Positions 12,342 through 26,300 of a DNA stretch of 64,000 nucleotides are shown piece by piece. The translations under genes and the position numbers were made by a program. The DNA is from Phoronis australis (taxonomy: Eukaryota > Animalia > Phoronida), in NCBI GenBank assembly GCA_002633005.1, contig NMRA01000100.1:82497-146496 (forward strand), read 5' to 3'. The notes beneath the pieces are model-generated. The model saw nothing but the letters and a program-made list of their open reading frames with translations. It had not been told where the DNA came from and did no database searches. Every line of letters begins with the position of its first letter. Positions within the stretch are counted from its first letter, which is position 1.

Positions 12342-15300
12342 CCGTGTTTGTGTCGTGGTAGGTTACATCATTAATGCAGTTGTAAACAGTGTGTAAACTG
12401 TGTGTAAACATGTAAGTTTCAAGAAGAATAACAAAGAGGCAATTAGATATCACAATTCTTTGATGGACCTGAGGCCAAAGGGCAAATAAACATTAGTCTG
12501 GACTTCAGCTGTGATGCTGTGTGGCCGCCTTGTTGACTGAAAGGCCTGTCCCACTAATGTTGAAGCTTTTGCGTTTTTGGTGTCGGTCAGTTGGAAGGCT
12601 TACATTCGGTCTACCAAGGCTAGTCAGCTAGTGGGAATACTCAAGTTAACTTACCAATTTACCTCCAGGCTTTCCTGGTACCGGATTTTACTTGGTGGAA
12701 AAAGAATGCAAGTGATAGTCTAGTTTTTACAGTGTGTAACTATACAAAACCTGTCACAATGATAGAAAATGATTACCACACCAGGGTGCTGGTAATTAAA
12801 ACAGAGTGTGAAAATTATGTCAGTTTTGTTTGACTGGGTTGGCAAACTCTTCCAAGATTGGATTGTTTGGCCTGCGATCTCTCCGTTCGTTTGATGGTAG
12901 AAACCCAGCATTTAAAATTGAGCCAAACTTTTTTGTAATTCCATATTTAGACTGTAAGAAGTGAGGAAATGCTGTTTCAGATTGTGTATGTGCCAGTCTT
13001 CTGCCAGTAGGGGGAGCTTTGTGCTGAGTATTAAACACTTTGCCAGTTTACTGTGTTCAATATTATACAACTTTTGAAGAGCTGTCCCAATTTTTCAAGT
13101 GCTCAGTGAAAAGCCAATGTATGCAAATATCCGTGAAATTGTCATTAGTTAAAATAATTATACTGTGTTATGCTTGGAAGATATTATAATCATGTAAGTG
13201 TTATTATTGTTTACCTGAACATAGTGAAACAGTTTGCTGGATACATTACATGTCTCAAGTTGAATTCTAATAGCTTGAGTTTTCTTTTCATTTGGGAAAA
13301 GTATAATATGCCATAGAGACCCAGTCGGCTGTATGGTTCTTCACTTTCACTTTAGGGTGGAAATCGTGGGATTTTTTTAACAAAAATATTCTCGTGCAAC
13401 CCTGTATTTTGGAGGACCCATCGAACTATTGTAGTGAGTTCCAACCTGTAAGTCATAGTTACTGTCCTTGTGTTTGTTCCAGACCAGTAAACATTGAAAA
13501 AAGTAACCTTGGTGGGAAAATGGCTTTACATAGACCTGCTTGCGGATCTTGAAGGTCGCGGAGACCACCCTTTATTGAAAACGAAGATCGGTCACTGTCC
13601 ATACGAGTTGTGACTTTGAAATGAATTAGGTGTAATTGTTAGTTGAACCCGAATTTGTCAATATCCCCCCATGTGAACAGTGATGCACGCTAAAATTGTA
13701 CAATCGTTTCCTTTCGGATATTTGCAGCTACGCTCCTTGATGTTAACAAAGGCATGGTTAATGGTGATTGTAAAGTACACTATGGCGTGTGAGAAGTTAC
13801 TTGTTGTTTCTGTAGTTAAAATATTACAACGAATGTCTAGCTTATTGGAAGTATTCAATCTGTAAATACTGAAGTGTACATAAATTTATGTATTAATACC
13901 GTATGGTTAGGGGTCGTTTTTGTGGTTAACTCGCAAATAAAACAAATTTTAAAGGGATAATGAGCGCCCATAACTGAGTTGTCTGTTTTCTTATGGACGT
14001 CTACGTGTTCATGGCGAGTGTTGTTTAGGTGTACGTTTGGCAATTATTTCTTCCGGAAAGAAGTCAAGTCAACAAATTTTCTAGTTTTGTAATGTTTTGG
14101 CGGATCTCATCTCGTGGGCTTTTGTTTCTGGCTGTTTCTCAAATTCACGCTACATTTCAGTTTTGACTTACAAAGGTGCGCTTGACTCTTCTCCATGTGT
14201 GGAATTTTTCTTATTGGTCGACTGAAGACGAGTCCAGCCCAGACCGTCGTTTATCCGATCAGAAATTGACGTTTTCTACCCGTTTCAATTTGTGTCCAAA
14301 CTAATTGTGCTTGTGTGGACTAGTTGCTAACGTCTTACGTTGGAAATTGTGTTCACTTTGAGTTAAAATCGATCAGTTTATTTTCATAACAAATAGCGAG
14401 TAGTTCAATGCAATCGTATTCACTGGCAATGTCGACACGCATAATATACAATACACATGTCAGTTAAATTGTCTGATGTTCCCTTCTCTCGACATGCAAA
14501 TTTTAAGTACACACCTTTTCAACGTTCGTAGCAAGCACATGCGACTACAAACCCGTTTTCCGACACAAAAGCAACTTTTGATGTGCACCTGGTGTTCTTT
14601 TGTGAAGTGATCTTAGTCGGCCATATTGTTCCTTAGCCAAATTACTCTGAGAGGGGATTTCAGGGCTTCAGAAGATTTGAAGATTCGTTACTCCTTGATA
14701 CCAGACTACAAACTGGCTTGTCACTTCGGAGCATGGTTTTGAAGAATAACGAATTGTCGGCTCTTTGCAAGCCCGGGACAAGTTGAGATCAAATTTATAG
14801 CAGCACGACGCCTAAATCAAAAGTTCGCTTCTGTGACGGAACATCTGTTTATACCCGGTTTAACAGGATATTCGTTGTCATTTCCACATACATGTAACAC
14901 GATGCGTGCACAATGTCCATCAGACGTTCGTTTCCATATCGTTTTTTATTGGACTGAACGAGATTTGGGGATCCTGTGCCGCCGCGTGCGAGAGTGGGCA
15001 ATTCAGTGACCCGTCCCCCCTTTATTCGGGTGCCAAAGTGGTGCTTGCGGTCTTTTTTCCGACTTGCCTCACCCCAATCGTTAAGTTTAAAAATGCTGTT
15101 GCATTCACGTTCTTAAGGTAGCAGGGTTCGTTGGATCTTAAGTCGTGTATTTACGCCTAATATCCAGAATTAGGCGCATGCGCTTTCACGTGAACCGTCG
15201 GAGTAAAACTATGTTAACTTTGAAAGTCTTAGTGGTTTTTCTTGAAAAGTATTTTTTTACTCAGAAATTTGGTTTACGGTCCTCTTTTATTACTGAATAA

Positions 15301-16509
15301 AGGCCTAGTGATGCAATTATTAGCTCGTCTCGGCCCAGAAACAATTTGACAAATTATCTCCGTAGGCTAACTAGCAGTTATGGGTATAAACTGGTCTTTA
15401 ATTTTGTTAAATGAGATTGGACTATATTTAAAAGCAGTGTGAGACCACATTTCTAACTTAACGACTTTTAATTCACATTCATGAAGTAGACTCCTGGAAT
15501 GCAGTGAAATTTTTTGGAAGCGACATTGGTGCGCATAGTACGCCCGGGCGTAACGTTCTTTCACGTTTTGTTTGTACTGGGTTTGAGATATTGGTCCTAG
15601 GTTTGTATCGGCGTTCACGTTTGCTTTGAGAACTGTTATCGCCGATTTTACGATGTTGGCAAGTAGGTAAAAATGGTTCAAGTCAGAAGTATTTTTCTGT
15701 CAAAACGTGTACACATTATACTCCATTAAGTTTATTCATCCTTTGCAAATATGGAAATATCAAACACGGAATTTGTGTTCATTCAATGACACATTTAATG
15801 ACTGAATAGGACTGTTAGTCCGGCAAGCTGTTAGCATCTGATTACACACAACTTCGGAAGTGAGCCCGACAACGTCCAGTGTGAGTTATAATCAAGGAAG
15901 GCACTGTCATACAAAGTCGAGTGTTCAAAAGGGTTCGCGAAGAGTATCATGGCGTTTCATCGATAACCATACGTATGCCCATATGGCGCCTTCCTAAAGA
16001 ACACCACCTAATGCGCTTATGAGCGAAACTTAATCGCATGCGCCTACATGCGAAATACTTGAATAAAATCTTGTCTTTGAAAAAACACATTTTAAATTTA
16101 GGCGCATGGTTTTTCCAATCTTAGAAACCACCGAGTCTCTTCTGACTTGAGGTCATTTTAAGCCACTTAATTTCTTTGACGGAACGCGGATCATATCATA
16201 GCCGCGTTAAACGTAAAAACTAAGAAGAAAGTTTAAGATATGCTTCAAACTGAGACCAAAAGTTTGAAATCTACTCTTTTTATTCCGTACATTCGTCATT
16301 AAAAAAAGTTTGGAATGTGGAATAGAGCGCCAACATCGTGATTTCTCAAGAATGGTTGGGCCGGGGGTTCACACGTAAATTTGCTCAGCAAAAACCTTGT
16401 GAGCATAAACGCCCTGTGGACACGCTCTGAAACATCTACATTCATCTGACCTATCCTAGGTTTCTCGGGTGTTCCTGAGAATCCCTGGAACCCAGAGTAA
16501 GGTCGATAC

Positions 16510-16959
16510 CAGGGATGCCCCGCTAAAAGCACCGATTTTCGTATAATTTTGGTTTTTGGTATGACGGCACCCTGTTTTCAGAATTTTGACTGAGGATAAA
16601 TCCAATTTTTCAGACCCGGTGTAACGGGCATAAATGTAGTACCTATTTTCGGCTTTAATGCAAGGCGTATACATATATATTATACTTGAAGCTTTTGTAT
16701 AAATATGGATAGAAATTTTAATTTTTGGATGGTAATCATTAAAATATGGTTGCAATTTCCGTTGAAGGCCCAGAGACACTCATTGTCCAAATATATGGAT
16801 TGTACACTCCTTGTGTTAAAATCCAGAGGTAGGCATCTGTTGGAAACAAATTCGCATATACATGCGACATACACAACACTGTGTCGCCAGCTGCAGCTCA
16901 TACATATTCTAACTATCCGTTCTCTCATGTGCGTAGTTTTGAGAGACCCGGCATCCCTG
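16510..16959. mobile_element. hAT-like MITE with TIR CAGGGATGCC...GGCATCCCTG
   Basis: Perfect 10-bp TIR enclosing about 450 bp, with a repeated subterminal AGACCCGG; no clear TSD remains. Confidence 0.55.
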
Positions 16960-17302
16960 ACAATAGCCAATACTTTGCTTTCTCGGTCACGTTACAGCTG
17001 TGCACATGAGCGGCGCACCATAGGAGGGGGGGAGGGGGCTAGGGACTTTAGCCCACCACTTATTTCAATTTACACCGCTCATGGTTAAGGCCACTTTTTG
17101 CGCGGAAATTTCAATATCACAAGATGGCCTACACACGCGAGACGCAAGCCTGAGTACATTTTTGCTACTTTTAGACTCAATCATTCAAGCATGAGTTAGT
17201 TTAATTGCAAAGCAAATCCGTGTTGCGGCACGAGTTATGCAGAGGTTGGTTGGTCCTGCTTTCAGCTGAGTCAAGCACGAGCGCTCACCTCGAACGGTTG
17301 TG

Positions 17303-20300
17303 CTACTCCTGTTGGTCGATGCACAAATCACAACGCACGAGTGCGTTCTCGTTGCACTGCATGCAACGAAGAGAATGAAACGTATCCGTGAAATTGTTTC
17401 TATAGAAAGACTTCTTGCTTCCATGGCAACTGCTACAGGGCACAAATCTGTAGCCACCACACTTTGAACAGTTCGACTTGACGCTGATTTTCTAGAAGAG
17501 AAAAAACATTCANGGGGGGGGTAGGGCAGAGTATTAGTCAGGATTTTGCCAGTCAGACATTCGCACCACCTACTGGCAAATGGAATCTGGGAGAATTTTA
17601 GGGAGGCCATGGCCCCCTTGCCCCCCACCCTAATTCCGCCACTGTTGATAACTCGCGGGTGATGCACCATCTAAGCAGATAAAGTATGCAGTGACAACAA
17701 CGCTAATTCGGCTACAATTTAAGATCGGATCAGCGCGGAAATGGTTTTAAATCCCAAAGCGCATTAAGTATAAATTCAACATTGACAATGATTTTTGAAA
17801 TTGCTGGTGGTACATCAACAAAATGAAGTTAAAGTATATGCTACTTAATATGTTTTTAAATGAAACTCTTACAATACCTTAAAATGTTTGAATATTGTTC
17901 TTAGTTCCCCAGTTTCGTTCAACTGCTCAATCTTCTTTGCTCCCTGAAAGAAAAAATTGTTGTCGTTTACAAAAGAGGACGCTCCTCGTCGCTTTACCAA
18001 CACGGCTTGCGCCCCCTTACAGTGGAAAGCTTCATGAAAGCAAATGGGCAAACCTCATAAGCTGTGTAGCTTGTAGGTCAGATAGCTTCTAGTTGAATAA
18101 TTTAACAAGGAAGAGTATGTTTTACCGCAAGCCTCTTCAATGAACGACTCTTAACTAGAACTGTGGCGGTAGCTAGCTTCAATTTACGTTTGATTTTTGC
18201 TATCGAATGTATTTAACGTCGTAAAGGGCTCTACATCCCGAACTTACATAATTGAAACATATTTTTGAAAGTCCATCCCAAAAACAACGATTCAACCTTT
18301 TGAATAATGCATTTCTAACGCGTTGGTAAGCGACAACCTGAGATTTGAGAATTAAAGCAATTAAGGGAAGGTTTTACAATAAGACACTATACGAGAGGGT
18401 ATGATTTATTTGACATGGTACTGAGCTATAAACAATCTTTCTTTCGACACCATGCATTTAATCATAACGAGATATCCCCGTATTTTGTTTCATGCAAGTC
18501 TGGTCGCCTGATTGTGAGATTAAGGGTACGAAGGACCTTGTCGACAAGTCTGCGCGTATAGCCAGGTGCCTACAGAACTATAGATTTTCACTCATTCAAA
18601 GAGTACATTCTTTGATAGTAGCTAGCTTGTAAATTTCATTTTTGACTCTTTGCCAACCTGCCATTAATTGGGTCACGTGACCGTGTCTTTCTAATAAAAG
18701 TTATCAGATAAGAAATGTTAGTTGAAAGCAAAACAAAAATATCCATTACAAGAGAATTTCGTTAGGTTTTAAAAACAATGCATTCTGGGCTTAATTACAG
18801 CGCAAAGCGTGATTTTTTTCGCGTGCCTTGTTATAATATTTACGTTTCAAGTATATTGTTTTTTAAACCTAAAACGAGGCTCACTACTAAAATGGCGACT
18901 GTGTGAATAAGATCTACAGCTTTCTTAAGTCCATCGATTCGTTTTAGTTTCTTATAGATTTGATGAAAATCTTAAAATTTCAATTTTGATAGCCCCTTAT
19001 ACACTTTAAAACAGTTCCTAACAGCGTTTTGTAGAGAAATCATGGTACCAAGTGTAAAAGTTTCGTATGAATCCGATCAGCCGTTTATGAAATATGACGT
19101 AACGAAATAAGTAAAATTTTAACATTCTTTGTAGGGTACTACATAGACTCAGGTGACATGTATTCACGTGACTCACCATCCATACAAGGAAATGAAATCT
19201 TATACCTTATCTCCCGTAAAAAGAACAGCTCTGCACCTTGTGTTTAATACACAAAAAGAAATTCGAGAGTAAAGATAAGAACTATACTGAACACGTTATC
19301 GCTGACCTTTCATGCTATGGCGGAGCGGGACAGAAGATGTATAGCATGGAAATCTCTGTGTATAGTCAATTGTGTGCAGGTGGAAAATTAGAATATCTGT
19401 AATATATTATAAATCTACATAATATAAATCTATTGCGCGTGTTTTAGAAAATAAGATCCTATAGCTATTGATTAAAATATTTTGCACTGAGTTGGGTTGG
19501 TTGACCAAAATCAACCGTGGAGCAGGACTTACTCCTTCAAAAACTTCCCCTGTTTCCCGGAGAATGGAAGACTCTAAGTGGGACATACTTCTAGTTCCAC
19601 CCTACAATGCCTACACACCAGGAAATGTATGTCACAGTGCCCTGTCCTCGTAATACAATGGGAAGAATGGAAATTTGACGAAGAGCACTAGTTGTGAATT
19701 ACAAATAGACCACACGTGACAGAATAACAATGGCACTAAAATTATCGATATTTTCACCCGAAGAATCCTCCAAAATAGCCAAGGGGATAATTATTTATGA
19801 AGCGTAGAGTTTTCGTGCTACACCCACTGTATCGGATCAGTAGAGATTGTCGTCTCAAGTAATGGTTTGATCTAAAAGTGGTTATATACGTGCACTTCTT
19901 AGCAAAGAATTTTTGATTTAGACCACTTACTGTAATCGGTGTCAAATTGTTATTAGTCGAGTTAGTCGTGATTCCAGACGTGCTAAAAATCAAGACTTCG
20001 CGAGATTACGTGAGATATTGCTGTGCATTTCAAATGAGAGCACGTGACTTTGACTAGGTTTTAGCTAGGTCCTAACGTCTACTGAACGGGAGGCAGGGCT
20101 TCGATGATCAAAACTGGCAATTCGTTATTCGTTCAGTCCAGGTCCTTTAAGATGCATTATCACGGCGTGTCATCTTATGCGCCGGGCATGGTCTGAAGAA
20201 ATAACGTACTGTCAGTTCTTTGCAAACCCGGACATCACTTCTTCCCCTAGTTACTTAAAAACGGCAAGTGGTCTAAATCACCTCGTGGTACCTAGACCCC

Positions 20301-23300
20301 AATGCTTTTACCCCAGAGGATACCCAAGGCCAGACATTCGAGCGCATGGCCTCTAGACTCGCTCCTTACTGAAAAGTACGGTGGTGAAAGAAAACCTTGC
20401 AACTCAAGATACGGGAAACTCGGAGTTTTTATGTTGCGTAGCCGGGAAATATCATTTAACTTACCTCTCGAGGGCTCATTGCTGTCTCAGTGATTTAGAT
20501 GCTTATTCGTCTACGAAAATCGGTTTAAGTTTCGGATTCACAATAATGAATTAAAAAAATATTGCAAGAAATTGATGTTTCAATGAATTTTCATGCAGGT
20601 TGAAAGTGGAAAAATCTATAAAAATCGATCCCCAAGCAGCAAATTACATTACGTAATTACGTATATATTTTAAGCTAATTTGATGTAATTCTACAACAAA
20701 TCATGGCGCAGGTTGATGAAATTCGGGCATCTGTCTACTTTTTCGTACCAAACGCATCTCAATTCGTGATGTTGGAAAGTTTTCAACTTGGGCTTCACCT
20801 TCCGAAATCAACAAATTAATATTATGGTCCCTAGGAGGAGACACTTGTCGAAACTGGGTCGTGAATGATGTTATGAAGTCGAAGATGGGCATTAGAAGCT
20901 GCAGCGCTGGCAGCCACTCACGACATCTTGTATTTCATCAATATATTTATAATCCCGCTATTGACAAGAGACCTGTTCGTCAGGTAATCTGATTTCAGGT
21001 CCTATTTTTATCGCAGAGCAATTACCACATTAGCGGTGACTTGACGACAATAGAACATTGGTTAAATAAATTGATAGGTCGTGAACTAAAACTGGTGATT
21101 TTTCGAACTGTTTCGCTTCTGACATTAAAATTCCTCGTAAAAACTTAAGCTATGATCATTTTCCCGAAGAAATACGATAAAATTAACCAAAATTGATGCG
21201 TTAAGTTTCGGTTCTCTGGTACCCGTTGATGAATTGCTTTATTAGCTCTTTGGACGGTGGTAGATAATTGACTTGTGAGTCTTAATGCCGGACATAAGAG
21301 CACGGGAACGCTTGGCAAATGGACTAATTTGATATCTGGACTACCCTAGATTCACTTAGAAACCGCTCGTTTGAAGTTGAATTCAAACGGTGAGGTTTCT
21401 GTAGTGGAAAGTGTCAGAAAATTTTCAATGCGCATTAAGCTTATGACAGTCGATCGTAATACCTTTTGTAAAAATCCATGAATTTTTTTAACAAGATGCG
21501 AAATAAAGAATTGACTAACAGTATATCAAGACAAAGTATCGTTATACGAGGCGAATGAAAAATTGCAAAATAACAAAACAAAGCTGGGTCGAGTTGCGCA
21601 GACACACGCATCTTGTGAAACTTAAATTAGAGTGATCGAGGACTCCGCTTGTAATACGTGGCGATATCTCGCATGATCTTGCGTTTTCGCGGGGTACTCT
21701 TGTCTACACAACACACGCTTGACTTGTCTAGAGACGAAATAGAGATCACCTACTCACACCAATCAAGACACCATCAGCAAAGACTTGCGGCACCTCCACT
21801 TCTTCCGTTTGCATCCTGTCAACTAGCTCCCTCTGAAGGTCTTTGTTCATATATACATCTCTCTCTTCGTATCTCACCATGTGGTTCTGTATAAGGTTCT
21901 TTACACGCCGGCATTGTTCGAACGTTCCTCGTATTATACTCATGCTGGTTGTATAGATAACGATTTTTCCTCTTTCCGTGACTCTGTAGTTGTTCTGCAA
22001 AACATTTCAAAGAAACAAAAATAAATATCGGTATTCGATAATTATCTTCATCGGTCTTCACGTGAACGTCTTTGTTCAAGACTCAACAGTTTTTAAACGG
22101 AAACTAGACAACGAACTGGTCTTTACGCGAATCGACTAATTCAATTTTAGGCCTCGGTGTGCCTTGGAGAAACTCAAAGTACTTTTCTATTTTAGCGTGG
22201 TGATATTAATACCATGATGCAGGTAAATCTGAACACTACTGAAGATACAGATATTTATGACTACCTGTCGCAGTTAAAGGCATGTGTATATTTTTACCCG
22301 GATCATGTAATGCTTGACGCCAACTTCAAAACATGATTTGAACAGTACGTCAGTAGCTGCTTTCCCATACTTCAGAATCCCAGGCATTTCACAGAAATTA
22401 TGTCCTCTACGGCTCAGTTGTGTTTCCGCCAGGCGGTCGATAAGTCCAGCATGTTTTGTAAAGTCACCCTATATTGACAGGCTCTGAAAATGTCCTTGTC
22501 AGACATGGGTGAGACTGATAACACTCTGCTTGGTTATACTGCATAAAGAAGTTGGGCGAAAGCAGAGTGGCTTGGAATTTAATTGAGTTATACAAGCCTC
22601 AAACTCATGAATAATTTTCCAAAATTAGACGATGGGCATTATTATTATTCATATCTGAATAATTAGACGCGAAAAATTATAAATCGCAACTTCAGAAATT
22701 GCAATGAAATAAATTTCTCGACGTTGCGGATCCGCTTGGCTCCTTCTACTGGGATTGATGACGGACTGGTTGCCGCGAAAATTTCGTGGCCCTCTGCCGG
22801 TGTTCGTAGACAACGATTGTAAGGCATTGGACCAACTCAAACAAATTAAAGCTGACAATTCCGTGTCTATTCAAAGACGGGTTCTTGGCTTTAACCCGGG
22901 GAGCATCTTTGACACCGCTTTCAAACCAAGAACTTTCTCTGTCCAGTACCCTCACGTCTTGCGGAGTCAATCCCAGTGCATTACGATACCGGACAGAGAG
23001 AGTTCTTGGTTTGAACGAGGTGTCAAAGAGGCTGTCTGGGTAAAGCCAAGAACCTTTCTCTGAATTGACACGGAGGTCGATTCATGTTGTCATGAACACT
23101 GGCACGTGACGACGAAATTTTCGCGGGAACCTCTGAGTTAGTCGTCAATCTCCTGTAGAGGAAGCCAGGCGGGCAAATTTAGTTTACAGTAAGTTCCAGA
23201 AGTCGTGATTTACAATTTTCCCATCCAATTTTCCAGAAATTAATCCTGCGAGATTTGATGGAACTTAAAATCCTGGCAAATGTGTAACCCCGTGCAAAAA

Positions 23301-26300
23301 TTTCCTATGTTAAATTTTTCTTGAAAAATTACTGGGCTTTTTTTCAAGCAATCTTCACACGGAACAGCAATAATAACACAGAACCCGTCTCATCGAGTTT
23401 TTGTGAACAATATTCATGTCGTTCAGGATGCGTCGCTTAGCTGTGCGCTTAAACTACGCCCACCTTGTCATATGTGAGAATGAGTCCAAACACATCTACA
23501 AATGCGCTGAGTCCACAGAACAGCAAACCGTATTGATTACTGTAAGTCACGAATAGGACGTGCAAAGCAAACACTTATGATCAGTGCCGTCGTATTCACT
23601 TCCACGTCACTGCAAAATATGTCCGGCCCATATCATGGGTCAAGTGGTTATTGTAAGCCAAGAATCGTCTCACGCGGGTTTGGGGGGTTTGAACTGCGGA
23701 ACACTTGTTTGAGAAACAAATTATAAGACAATGAAAACATTGGTTTTTCCAAAGCACATACTGCACTTCACATAAACAAATTCGTGTAAAAATGTCTGTC
23801 TTGTCACAAATTCGATTCATCTACTCTTAGTGCTAAACTGGAGGAACGAAACGTGTCGTGACTACCAAGGGACGGAGGTGAACGGGAGGGCCAAAGACGA
23901 AAATGTCCGATGGGCATCTCCCTCCCTTTCTATAACGTGCAAAGAATAGCTCGACTGTGGCAGCTTTTCCGGAAAATGGGAATAATGTGATCGAATTGAT
24001 GAGTCCGTTGTAAAACATAAACAAATGTTTGACTCGTCTTGTCGACGTGTGAACGTGTGCGTATGAATCAGTGGACGTCTATTGCGTATTTTTATATACT
24101 ATACTGATTCTGGTATCGGCATAAAATTCTATTATAATAAAATTTACTTTTCTACGGGTGTTCTCAAGCAGCACAATCATAGAATGTATGGTGAGAATAT
24201 GATTGCGAATATTTTCATGTTATGATTGCAACATGGGAGGGGCAACCATAGGGGGCTGGGGGAGGCTATAACCCCCCATTTTTTCAGTGCTGTGTCGCCC
24301 ATACATGGCCTATGTGCGGTGCACCACAGGGGGGCTGCGGGGCTATATCCCCTCACTTTTTTAGTGCTGCACCCGCCCTTGAGCAACTCGTTGCATTCTA
24401 ATTTGAAATTAATTCATGTGAACAGCAAGGTATGGACATGAATTGATTATTGAGTAACAAGAGTACATTGTAAGGCCATACCAAGAGTTGGGAGACGTTG
24501 CAGTCAGAAAGACACGCACTTCAATGTATTCTTAATTTTAATTATTCATTGATATCGTGCCAAAATCCGATGTGAATCCAGAAGAGTGCGACCTTTTCGA
24601 AGTGGCTTAGTTAGGTCAAACTCCATCCAATAAATACTGATATCAAAGAAGTTCAGTGGTGAATTATTATGGGATCGCTCACTGTTATCAACCACTGAAT
24701 GTGTCAATCATCATAAACGTGACTGCTTTCGAGGTATTATAAGACAAGGCATACAAAATAACACATGCACGCACGCGCACTATACACTAAGCCTATTCAT
24801 TGGTTCCAAACTCACTTCAATGTTTAGCATGCTTTTATTAATTAAGGGAAATAGGTAATTTTGAATATAAAGTTGTTTAACTGAATGTCGTTAGTCAAAA
24901 ACTTTAACTTGTCACTGTCGGTGGCAGTAAACAGGTATTGTTTCAGTGCGGAGTTCTAATTGGACAATGACAAACCTCAGAACAAAAGGCGTTTTAAAGA
25001 TCATTTACATTGGGCAGTTGATTTTCATTAACTACGTAAGCCAACACTAGCAGAGTTTTGCATTATCGTCTAACAATCAAACCCGTATGATAAGACTGTC
25101 GTGTAAAACACATCAGCGATTATAACGCGGTTATGTCTCGTGTTACCACGCAATGGCCAATATTGGGCAACAGCATCCTAAGCTCTTTCCATGAAAGTTG
25201 TCTTTCGACTTTGGTTCACCGTTGTCCAGGCGCTTCATGCCGTATTACTCGTAAGCGCGCACGTTTCACACAACGCACTGTTCACGTACCTCGTGTCGGC
25301 AGATGAGCGGTCAATAATTTCAATTCAAGTGCGTTTGGTTAGGTAGAAGTAGTAGAATACGTAGGAAAAACAGATTAGCACGGTTTGGACTGAGTAGCCA
25401 CTGCTTGGTGCATTTCGTGCCATTTGACACGCAGTTTATGATACTAAGCATGTCTGCAATCTTTCAGTTTTTGTTTATTTGCTGTTAACACCATTGATAA
25501 TTAGCGGTAGTTTAAAGATCGCGTTTTCCGCTCGTTAGTAAAAGCACCAATAGCCGTTTCCATGACAACAAAAATGTAGAATATATCGATAAGAGCACAC
25601 TAATTGGTACAACGAATTTCCGCTAAACAAACACGATCAAGTTGAATAGACAGCAACATGTAATGAATTTACATAGCAAATAAATGTGTAGTTAATTACT
25701 GCTGTAATGACAGCCTGTAGTGAAAGACAAATAACTAAAAACAACAGAAAGTCAAACACCTTCAGTGGAAAGTAAAAATCACAGTGCAGATACGGCGATA
25801 TTATTGTTTCGGTGCGTGACTGGATCACTATGTAAATTCAAAAAGATATCTATTAGCGGTAAAAAGTAAGTCTTTGGATCCAGTTCCTCTATTTTGTTAC
25901 TCTTAACAACTCTTGTATCACATTATCCATTCAGTGACTCAGTGGGCTTGAGTTTTTAGTTGAATGGTGCTTTTATCACTCAAGTGAGACCACACCGGTG
26001 TTTTAGTGAGGGGAAAGGACGAGGGTTGGTTGAAATCACCCGAAACGGGTTTGATTTCTAACTTTTACGTTTTAATTTATGGGCTTAATTTACACAGGTA
26101 GTAATTCATTGAAGCACCTAATTTACATACGTAGCAGTGGCGGATTTAAGGGGGGCGGGGCAAGGGGGTCATGCCCCTCCTAAAATTCTTCCAGATTCCA
26201 TTTGGCAGTTCGGAGGTGCGAATGCCTGACTGGAAAAATCCTGGCTAATACATGTACTCTGCCCTGCTCCCCCCTAACTCAAAATCCTGGATCGGCCCCT

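Noticed and set aside
17185-17670. 161-aa minus-strand ORF
   Set aside because: Composite of a MITE, an N and the wrong reading frame of the last GRXCR exon.
22710-22760. Hammerhead ribozyme in the Penelope-like 3' UTR
   Set aside because: No intact CTGANGA...GAAA core in either inverted copy.
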